A stretch of 47,955 nucleotides of DNA from Acidobacteriaceae bacterium (GTDB taxonomy: Bacteria; Acidobacteriota; Terriglobia; Terriglobales; Acidobacteriaceae). Below the pieces are notes generated by a model that saw nothing but the letters and a program-made list of their open reading frames with translations, had not been told where the DNA came from and did no database searches. A program made the position numbers and the translations under genes. The stretch is from positions 1 to 47,955 of the forward strand of contig JASHVE010000441.1 of assembly GCA_030039675.1 (NCBI GenBank), in the 5' to 3' direction. Of this stretch, positions 7,792-15,703 are shown in pieces (within the stretch, counting starts at the first letter, position 1; every line of letters begins with the position of its first letter).

Positions 7792-7820
7792 GGAAAAGGC
7801 GCGGCCGCATGCCGCGCCTT
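7792..7820 (-). terminator. Rho-independent terminator of the M48 protease gene
   Basis: AAGGCGCGGC-cgcat-GCCGCGCCTT perfect stem, running into TTTT on the minus strand. Confidence 0.7.
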
Positions 7821-7840
7821 GAAGGCAAAAAACCGCCTGC

Positions 7841-9184
7841 TTAGTTCTGATCGTCGCGGCGGTGGAGGGTCGGCTGATCAGAACCGTTGTCGCCGGTCTG
7901 GCTGGTCTGGGTCTGACCGCTTGAGTCGTCGCCCGTGGTGCTGGCGCGGCGCAGCGAAGGCCGGGTTATGCCCTTCGTGTCGGTGAGACGGCGCTTGTTT
8001 TCAATACGCGCCAAGCGGGCCTTAACGTCGTCAAACTCCGACGTGGTGACAGTGTATTCGTCCTTCGGCGGAAGGATGCGGGCGATCTCCTCCTGCGTAT
8101 GGAGGATGCGGTCCGGAGTTTGCGGGTGATCGGAGAATGCCTTCGCGACCAGGCCCGGCTTCCGTTTTTCGAGAGCCTGAATCTTCTCAAAGAAACTGAT
8201 GAAGGCCTGCGGATCGTAGCCGGCGCGATACATGTACTGCACGCCGAGATAGTCGGCCTGGGCCTCGAACTCGCGCGAGAATTCGAGGAAGGTGATGGGG
8301 ATGGCCAACTGCGCGGCTTCGTAGATGCCGTAGCCGGTCCAGGTGTAGCCGGTCATCATAATCAGCGGAACCATGCCGAGCTGCGCGTAGTTGGCGCGGG
8401 TCATCTCGCGGGCTGCGTGATGCGCGCACACGTGGGCGGTCTCGTGCGCCATCACACCGGCCAGTTCGGCCTCCTCGTCCGCTGCCAGAATCAGTCCGGA
8501 GTTGACATAAAAGAATCCACCCGGCAGAGCCATCGCGTTGATCTCGTCTGAGTCAATCACCTTGATAGTGAACGGAACCTTGCAGTCGGAGTTCTTGACG
8601 ATGTTCTGGCCGATGCGATTGATGTACTCGTCAATGACTGGATCGGTGATGAAGCGGGTGCTCTTTTCGATCTCGTCGGCGTACTGCTTGCCCATCTTGA
8701 TCTCGCTATCGGTCGAATACCAGTTGCCCAGGCCGCGTCCGCCGATATCGCGATTGCCCACAGCGCTTACGTCTTCAATGCTGCCGGGCTTGACCTTGAT
8801 CATCTGGCTGCCGGGATCGACGACTTTTTCCGGATCGACTTTATCCGCGGTAGGAGCGGGGCTGTCGCCACCAACCGGCGTAGTGCCGGGCGCCGGACTT
8901 TTATCCGAAGGCTGAGTCGATGGGGTAGACGGGTTTTTATCGCCGGATTGCGCGGATCCTGAAGACGTCGACGCGGGCTGCTGCGCCGGCGCAGGGATAT
9001 CGCCGCCTACCGGCGTGGTGCCGGGCGCGGGCTGCGCGGACGGCGATGTTGCCGCAGGGGGTGTGGCGGCCGGCGTGGTGGTTTGCGAGGAGGTTGACCC
9101 GGTTTGAGCCCAGGCTCCCGTGGCCAGCACAAGCGTCAACCCAGCCAGGACCGACGCTCCAGAACTGATGCGATGCGCTCTCAT
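7841..9184 (-). CDS. M48-family (BepA-like) exported metalloprotease with a long S/T/P-rich N-terminus
   Basis: INAMALPGG, LAGVMAHETAH (HExxH), SREFEAQAD, SDHP; signal peptide ending AWA-Q; GGGAGG SD before ATG 9184. Confidence 0.92.
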   Translation of the reverse strand: MRAHRISSGASVLAGLTLVLATGAWAQTGSTSSQTTTPAATPPAATSPSAQPAPGTTPVGGDIPAPAQQPASTSSGSAQSGDKNPSTPSTQPSDKSPAPGTTPVGGDSPAPTADKVDPEKVVDPGSQMIKVKPGSIEDVSAVGNRDIGGRGLGNWYSTDSEIKMGKQYADEIEKSTRFITDPVIDEYINRIGQNIVKNSDCKVPFTIKVIDSDEINAMALPGGFFYVNSGLILAADEEAELAGVMAHETAHVCAHHAAREMTRANYAQLGMVPLIMMTGYTWTGYGIYEAAQLAIPITFLEFSREFEAQADYLGVQYMYRAGYDPQAFISFFEKIQALEKRKPGLVAKAFSDHPQTPDRILHTQEEIARILPPKDEYTVTTSEFDDVKARLARIENKRRLTDTKGITRPSLRRASTTGDDSSGQTQTSQTGDNGSDQPTLHRRDDQN

Positions 9185-9415
9185 GACCTTACCTCCCAGC
9201 CGCAAACTCCAAGCTCGGCTACACTCTTGCCTGACCCCTTAGACGCTAGTATCCGCCCGTTTGGTACGCGATGGAAGGGCTAAAAACATTTATTTGACAA
9301 TCGGGCTCTTCCAGCTTACCGGCAGGGATGGGGGAGCTTTAATCTGAGCCCGGTTCGCTTCGTACAGCCGTGCGGAACTTGCTATAAAGTGAAGAACACG
9401 GAGCCGGAGGATTCC

Positions 9416-11548
9416 TTGCGGCAAACCCTCTTGAAAGTGGTTGTCATGGCCGTCTGCGGGACAGCGCAACTTGTTGCCCAGCCGGAGCCTTCCCATCCGA
9501 TTCCCTCCCCCGATGTGCACTTGCGGGCACGCGGCGGAGCGAAAGCGCCTGCGCCCAGCCCGCAGAAAGGCTCTGAGACGGTCTTTGATGCCAGCAGCCT
9601 GGGCTCGCCGCTGGCGCTCGACAAGGACTGGCGGGTAGGTATCACAGCGGACCCGGCAGCCGCATCGCCTGCCTTCGACGATTCCGCATGGGCGGTCCGC
9701 GGCGCGCAATCCGCGATGGCGAAGGTTCCCGACGAAGATCAAGAGCCGGAACCCAAAGGGATTCATGTTCAAATGGGGCCGGGTAGACCCGACCACAGCC
9801 TGCGCTATGCCTGGTTCCGGCTGCACATCAAGCTGGCCCTCAACCACGGGCCGGTGGCGTTACTGATCGAATTGCCTGTGTCGCAGTATACGTCGGTGGG
9901 CGTGGGGACGGCGGGGCCCGGTGCAGATGTGTTCATCAACGGCAAGCAGATTTTCCCCGAGGGACCGCACGGCGACAACCCACAGCATTATCAACCGATT
10001 TCGCGGCTGTACAACCTGGGCGTGCCCCCGTCGCAGACCGACCTGACCCTCGCCGTTCGAACCATCGACGTCCCCTACGGGCCGGGCTCGTACACCTCGT
10101 TTTTCGCCACCCGCGGCCTGAGTCTGGGTAATCGTGCCGACCTCGAACGCGACCTGCGGATCTGGGAAGACCGGAGCTACTTTGAGCGGCTGCCGCGTCT
10201 GGTGTATTCGGTGGTTCAGGCTGTGCTGGCGATGTTCCTGTTTGCGCTGTACTCCTCGCAGAAGGGGCATGCTGAATATCTTTGGCTGGCGCTGCACGAA
10301 CTGGCCCAGGCGCCGATCGGCTTTGTGGAGCTGGCGGGAAGTACAGCCCGGCTCGACAGCCTGTGGTACGCGGCCCTGATGCTCGAACTGGTACTGGTAT
10401 CAGCCTACCTGTTCTTCGAGTTTCTGGTCGCCTTTCTGGCGCTGCCCCGGCGGTGGTACATCCGTTGGCTGCGTTATACCGCGCCTATCCTGGCCTGCGT
10501 GGGGCCGGCGCTGCTGATGGTGGGCCACATCCATTTCATCGGGCTGGTGCTGGCGATCGTGATTCTAAGCAGCATGGTTTGGATAACCGTATGGGCAATA
10601 TTCATGTTCGTGACCCTGATCGCCGCCACGGTGCGGCTCAACTTCGAGGCCGGGCTTCTGCTGATTCCTCTTGTGCTGAGCCTGATCGGGATCGTTGAGC
10701 CGGTGGTTACAGCCACCATGACGGATTTGAACGGAGAGACCTATCACTCGCCGCTCACGGTGATGGCTGGTCCCATCCCGATTCACTTTGCCTCCATCGC
10801 AGACTTTACCGGGGTTCTCGTGATCGTGCTGATCATCTTTTTCCGGTTCCTGCGCGTTCAGCGTGACCAGGAACGGGTATCGAGCGAGCTGGCGGCCGCG
10901 CGCAGCGTGCAGGAACTGCTGATTCCGCAGGAGCGGCTCGCCACGCCCGGGTTTGAAGTCGACTCGATCTACCATCCGGCGAACGAAGTGGGCGGAGATT
11001 TCTTCCATGTGGAGACGGTGACCGACGGCGGGATTCTGGTAGTGATTGGCGACGTGGCCGGCAAGGGACTGAAGGCGGCAATGAATGTCTCCATGCTGAT
11101 GGGAGCGTTGCGCAGAACGGCCGAGAAGAATCCGGCGAAGATTCTGGAGTCGTTGAATCGTGTGCTAGCAGGAACGGACAGCTTCACCACCTGCCAGGCA
11201 GCGTGGTTCGGGGCCAACGGTGAACTGGTGCTGGCCAATGCGGGCCATTTGCCCCCTTACCTGAACAGCCAGGAGGTTGTGCTTGCGGGAGGGCTGCCTT
11301 TGGGGGTTCTGCCCGAGGTGAGCTACGAGGAGTTGCGGCTTTATCTGCATCCAGGCGACCGAGTTCTTCTGCTTTCGGATGGGGTTGTCGAGGCGCGGAA
11401 GCCGTCAGGTGAACTGTTCGGCTTTGACCGCGTGCACAACCTGAGCAACCAATCGGCGTTTTACCTGGCCGAAGCGGCGAAGGCTTTCGGTCAGGAGGAC
11501 GACATCACCGTGCTGACGGTGCGGCGGCTCGCGCAGATGGCTGCCTGA
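9416..11548 (+). CDS. Membrane-bound PP2C/SpoIIE-family Ser/Thr phosphatase with an extracellular sugar-binding-like domain and multi-TM region
   Basis: VGGDFF, IGDVAGKG, NAGHLPP, SDGVVE, QEDDIT; about 7-8 hydrophobic segments; GGAGG SD 5 nt before TTG 9416. Confidence 0.9.
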   Translation: MRQTLLKVVVMAVCGTAQLVAQPEPSHPIPSPDVHLRARGGAKAPAPSPQKGSETVFDASSLGSPLALDKDWRVGITADPAAASPAFDDSAWAVRGAQSAMAKVPDEDQEPEPKGIHVQMGPGRPDHSLRYAWFRLHIKLALNHGPVALLIELPVSQYTSVGVGTAGPGADVFINGKQIFPEGPHGDNPQHYQPISRLYNLGVPPSQTDLTLAVRTIDVPYGPGSYTSFFATRGLSLGNRADLERDLRIWEDRSYFERLPRLVYSVVQAVLAMFLFALYSSQKGHAEYLWLALHELAQAPIGFVELAGSTARLDSLWYAALMLELVLVSAYLFFEFLVAFLALPRRWYIRWLRYTAPILACVGPALLMVGHIHFIGLVLAIVILSSMVWITVWAIFMFVTLIAATVRLNFEAGLLLIPLVLSLIGIVEPVVTATMTDLNGETYHSPLTVMAGPIPIHFASIADFTGVLVIVLIIFFRFLRVQRDQERVSSELAAARSVQELLIPQERLATPGFEVDSIYHPANEVGGDFFHVETVTDGGILVVIGDVAGKGLKAAMNVSMLMGALRRTAEKNPAKILESLNRVLAGTDSFTTCQAAWFGANGELVLANAGHLPPYLNSQEVVLAGGLPLGVLPEVSYEELRLYLHPGDRVLLLSDGVVEARKPSGELFGFDRVHNLSNQSAFYLAEAAKAFGQEDDITVLTVRRLAQMAA

Positions 11549-11557
11549 TCGAAACAG

Positions 11558-11587
11558 CACTACGCGGCTGATTGGCTGCGTAGTGCC
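11558..11587 (+). terminator. Hairpin after the phosphatase gene (no U-tract)
   Basis: GCACTACGCGGC-tgattg-GCTGCGTAGTGC. Confidence 0.5.
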
Positions 11588-11848
11588 ATTCCGAGCACCA
11601 CCTTCCGGTCAGTGAAGCAGGCCGGCGTCTTCCCGCAACCTCGAAAGCGCCGCCTTTCACAACGCGAGTTCAGTAAACAGTTTTGGCCATTTGCCGCAGA
11701 TGCGTTGTCATCGAAACGTCAGAACAATGCAAATTCCTCGCAATGCCGGCAACGCGCTTGCCTGCAACCTTACCTGGTTTTGGATGTCAAAATTGAAGGA
11801 GTAAGGCGCGCAGTGCGCCGGACCGGGCCCAATTCGTTGCGAGGTTTC

Positions 11849-14470
11849 ATGAGAAGTCATATTCAGTTTCTTTGCAGGCGTGTGGCACTCGCCGCGCTGG
11901 CTTGCACATTTTTCTACTTTGTCGTATGTACCGCAGACGCGCAGCGGCTGCCGGAAACGGTTATCCCCACGCACTACACGCTCACGCTTACGCCCGACCT
12001 GAAGACCGCTACTTTTTCAGGGGTCGAAAAGATCGATGTCAATCTTAAGGAAGCAACCAAGTCCATCACGCTGAACGCCGCTGAAATCGCGTTTCAGTCG
12101 GTAACCGTTCATCCAAACGGAGCGGAGCAGACCGCACAGGTGTCGCTGGACCCACAAAAAGAGCAAGCCACCTTCACGTTTCCGAAGATGATTCAGGCGG
12201 GCAGCGCGGTGCTCTCGGTCCGCTACACGGGCATCCTGAACAACGAGTTGCGCGGCTTTTATCTCTCAAAGACGGAACGTCGCAACTACGCTGTCACGCA
12301 GTTTGAGCCGACCGACGCGCGCCGTGCATTTCCCTGCTTCGACGAACCGGCCTTCAAGGCGGCGTTCGACATTTCCCTGGTCGTGGATCAGAATGATACG
12401 GCGATCTCGAACGGGCCAATCATCTCCGATACGCCGGGACCCGGCGCAGGTAAGCACAGGCTCACATTCGGCACAACTCCGAAGATGAGCACCTATCTCG
12501 TCGCGTTCCTAGTAGGCGACTTCGCGTGCACGACCGGGCGCGAGGACGATGTGGACATCCGCGTTTGCTCGACTCCGGATAAAGTAGCCCTCACAGCCTA
12601 CGGGCTCGATGTGGCGAAGTTCGCGCTGCACTATTACAACGGCTATTTCGGCATTCCTTACCCGCTCAAAAAGCTGGACTTGATTGCGCTACCCGATTTT
12701 GAAGCCGGCGCGATGGAAAATTTCGGCGCCATTACATATCGCGAGACTGATCTTTTGATCGACCCGAAGGCAGCCAGCGTGCAGGCGAAAGAGAATGTGG
12801 CAATTGTCGTGACTCACGAGATGGCCCACCAGTGGTTTGGCGATCTGGTGACGATGCAGTGGTGGAATAACATCTGGCTGAATGAGGGCTTCGCCACGTG
12901 GATGGAAAACAAGGCCACAGCGGCGTTCAACAAAGCGTGGAATCTGCCGCTGTTTGTGGCCAGCGACGAACAGCGAACCCTTGACCTCGATGCGCAGCCG
13001 ACGACCCGGGCGATTCGCGCCAAGGCCGATACGCCGGACGAGATCAACCAGATGTTCGATGGGATCTCCTACGGGAAGGCCGGCGATGTGCTGCTGATGG
13101 TGGAGAATTACCTCGGAGCAGAGACCTTCCGCAAAGGCGTTCACGCCTACCTGGCTGCCCACCTCTATGGGAATGCCACAGCCGAGGATTTCTGGAACGC
13201 ACAGACGGCCGTGAGCCGCAAACCCGTGAATAAGATTATGGACTCGCTTGTGGCTCAACCGGGAGTACCGATCCTCACTTTTGGTGAGCCCGCAAACGGA
13301 CATGTGACAGTGCACCAAACCAGATTTTTCCTCGATCCCCGGCAGAAACCTGATGCAGCGCAGCAATGGACGCTGCCTGTGTGCTTCAAGAACGCCAGCG
13401 GTAACGCGGACTGTGAGCTTCTCACACCCACGACGTCGAGCCTGAAGGTTCCCGCGGCGCCGCAGTTCTTTGCCAATGCGGAGGGCAAAGGCTACTATCG
13501 GACCTCGTACGCGCCCGCTGATTACACCAAGCTGGTTGCGCAGATCGAGACCGGGCTCGGACCGGCAGAGCGCATCAGCCTGACGGGCGACGAATGGGCG
13601 CAAGTGCGCGCCAACCAGGCCAAAGTGGGCGATTATCTGCAGCTTGTAGCCGCGCTCAAGGATGACGGTAATGCAGAGGTGGTTTCCAGTGCGCTGACAA
13701 ATATCACGACAATTTACGAGAGGTTGGCGGCAACTCCGGAGGAACGCGCGCGGCTTTCCACCTGGATCGACAGGACGTTTGCACCTGTTCTTGCGAAGCT
13801 GGGTCCGGCGACGGCTTCTGACGACGACAACACGCGGCGGCTGCGCGCCGAACTGCTGGAGACGGTGGGGGACTACGGAAACTCCCCCGAAGTTCGCGGC
13901 ATGGCGCGGCAGATTGCGGATCTTTATCTCTCCAATCCTGCTTCAGTGGATGCGACGATTGGCCAGGCGGCGCTCGCGGTAGCGGCCCGCAACGGCGATG
14001 CCACGTGGTTCGACAAGTTCGAGAACGCTTATGAGACGTCAGACAATCCGGAGTTCAAAACCAACGCCCTCGAGCTTCTGGCTGAGTTTCGCTCGCCCGC
14101 GCTTGTGAAACGGGCGCTCGATTATGCCATGTCCGATAAGGTTCGCAATCAGGATGCGTTTATTCAATTCGCGATTCCTCTCACGAACGGGGAGACGCGC
14201 GACGAGGCCTGGGACTATATGAAGGCGAACTGGGATAAGGTGCAGGCTCAGCTCACAACCTCGACGGGCGGATACCTCGTAAGCTACACAGGCTACTTCT
14301 GTTCCCCGGAGGCTCGCGACGATGTGAAGAGTTTCTTCACATCGCACAAGGTACCTGCCTCCGACGTTTCCCTGCGGCATGCCATCGAGCACATCGATGG
14401 ATGCATCGAGTTTCGCTCACTGCAGGAGCAGAATCTGAAAAACTGGCTTGACCTGCAGCCGGGACTGTAA
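11849..14470 (+). CDS. M1-family aminopeptidase (PepN/puromycin-sensitive-like, ERAP1-type C-terminus), exported
   Basis: TQFEPTDARRAFPCFDEP, GAMEN, HEMAHQWFG..WLNEGFA, SYGK; signal peptide ending ADA-Q; GAGG SD before ATG 11849. Confidence 0.95.
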   Translation: MRSHIQFLCRRVALAALACTFFYFVVCTADAQRLPETVIPTHYTLTLTPDLKTATFSGVEKIDVNLKEATKSITLNAAEIAFQSVTVHPNGAEQTAQVSLDPQKEQATFTFPKMIQAGSAVLSVRYTGILNNELRGFYLSKTERRNYAVTQFEPTDARRAFPCFDEPAFKAAFDISLVVDQNDTAISNGPIISDTPGPGAGKHRLTFGTTPKMSTYLVAFLVGDFACTTGREDDVDIRVCSTPDKVALTAYGLDVAKFALHYYNGYFGIPYPLKKLDLIALPDFEAGAMENFGAITYRETDLLIDPKAASVQAKENVAIVVTHEMAHQWFGDLVTMQWWNNIWLNEGFATWMENKATAAFNKAWNLPLFVASDEQRTLDLDAQPTTRAIRAKADTPDEINQMFDGISYGKAGDVLLMVENYLGAETFRKGVHAYLAAHLYGNATAEDFWNAQTAVSRKPVNKIMDSLVAQPGVPILTFGEPANGHVTVHQTRFFLDPRQKPDAAQQWTLPVCFKNASGNADCELLTPTTSSLKVPAAPQFFANAEGKGYYRTSYAPADYTKLVAQIETGLGPAERISLTGDEWAQVRANQAKVGDYLQLVAALKDDGNAEVVSSALTNITTIYERLAATPEERARLSTWIDRTFAPVLAKLGPATASDDDNTRRLRAELLETVGDYGNSPEVRGMARQIADLYLSNPASVDATIGQAALAVAARNGDATWFDKFENAYETSDNPEFKTNALELLAEFRSPALVKRALDYAMSDKVRNQDAFIQFAIPLTNGETRDEAWDYMKANWDKVQAQLTTSTGGYLVSYTGYFCSPEARDDVKSFFTSHKVPASDVSLRHAIEHIDGCIEFRSLQEQNLKNWLDLQPGL

Positions 14471-14484
14471 TCGACGAGCCCTTG

Positions 14485-14508
14485 CGGAGTGCATGTCATT
14501 GCGCTCCG
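14485..14508. terminator. Hairpin between the convergent aminopeptidase and msrA genes
   Basis: CGGAGTGCA-tgtcat-TGCGCTCCG. Confidence 0.5.
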
Positions 14509-14509
14509 A

Positions 14510-15193
14510 TCAATGCTTGCCGGTGTAGTCGACGAAGAGCTCGGCGAACTGCTGCTTCAGCGCCTCAATCTTCGGGCGGTCGCAGACCAGAATGTACGGA
14601 TTATTGGGATTATGCAGCGCGTAATCCTGGTGGTAATCTTCGGCGCGGTAAAATCCCTTGAGCGGCGTGACCTGAGTGACGATCGGCTTGGGAAAGACCT
14701 TGGCTTGGTCGAGCTGCGCGATGTAGGCTTCCGCAATCCGTTTCTGATCGTCATTAACGTAGAAGATCGCCGAGCGATAGGAGGTGCCTACGTCCGGCCC
14801 CTGGCGATTGAGCTGCGTCGGATCGTGCGCGACGGAAAAGAAAATGCGCAGCAACTGGCCATAGGTGATCTTTGATGGATCATAGACCACTTCTACTGAC
14901 TCAGCGTGACCGGTGGTTTCGGTGGTCACCTGATCGTAGGTGGCGGTTGCCGCAGAACCACCTGAATAGCCCGCAGCCGTATCGACGACGCCTTTCACGC
15001 GCTCGAAAACTGACTGCGTTCCCCAGAAACAACCACCCGCGAAGACGGCTGTTGCCTTGCCCGGTGCGTTCGCCAGAGGCAGATCAGTTGCGGCAGGTGG
15101 AATGGGCTGCCGTGACGCCGCGTTTCCGCTACGTGCAAACAAAATCACAATCACTCCAAGAAAAACAAAAAATCCGAGCCAACGCGCGAGCAT
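14510..15193 (-). CDS. msrA: Peptide-methionine (S)-S-oxide reductase with an N-terminal signal or anchor
   Basis: FAGGCFWG, TGHAESV, HDPTQLNRQGPDVGTSYRS, AEDYHQDY; AGGAG SD before ATG 15193. Confidence 0.95.
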   Translation of the reverse strand: MLARWLGFFVFLGVIVILFARSGNAASRQPIPPAATDLPLANAPGKATAVFAGGCFWGTQSVFERVKGVVDTAAGYSGGSAATATYDQVTTETTGHAESVEVVYDPSKITYGQLLRIFFSVAHDPTQLNRQGPDVGTSYRSAIFYVNDDQKRIAEAYIAQLDQAKVFPKPIVTQVTPLKGFYRAEDYHQDYALHNPNNPYILVCDRPKIEALKQQFAELFVDYTGKH

Positions 15194-15281
15194 ATCTACT
15201 CCTGCAAGCCTGCTGACCATGAGACGGTCCATGATGGCGATTCGTTACAGGAGCGCGCGTTCAGGGCTGATTCGGCCAGAG

Positions 15282-15596
15282 TCAGAGTACGTAGCTTTCT
15301 TCGAGATACCAGGAGAGTGCAAAGAGAACGGCTACACCGAGGATGGTCCAGAGATACATGCGCACCGGAAGCGTAGCGAGCAGATGCTCCGCTGGTTTGC
15401 TGTCCACGCGCCAGGGCTGCGAAAACAGCAGGCCGCTCAGGAAGCATACACATCCGGCAAGTCCGATTTTCGCCAGCGCCAACGCCAGCCGTTCTTCCCA
15501 TCGGCTGCCGGGCACAAAGAATGCGTTGAGTACAACCTGATAGAGGCAAACAATGCTGAGAAAAAAAGAGGACGCCTTGGCAATGTCGAGAATCAT
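15282..15596 (-). CDS. Hypothetical membrane protein (104 aa, about 3 TM)
   Basis: AAGGAG SD before MILDIAKASSFF; three hydrophobic segments; fills the polA-msrA gap. Confidence 0.7.
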   Translation of the reverse strand: MILDIAKASSFFLSIVCLYQVVLNAFFVPGSRWEERLALALAKIGLAGCVCFLSGLLFSQPWRVDSKPAEHLLATLPVRMYLWTILGVAVLFALSWYLEESYVL

Positions 15597-15703
15597 GACC
15601 GGCTCCTTGCCGCCCGGGGCACGATAGCTTCGCAGAGGCAGCGCATTACCAGGGCTCCGCGAAAGATCTCTCCACTGCATTTTAGTCCTGTTCTGATTGA
15701 AAG

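Noticed and set aside
7562-7986. ORFs 7562-7828 (-) and 7582-7986 (+)
   Set aside because: No SD or motifs, they cross the terminator, and RNA structure explains the region better.
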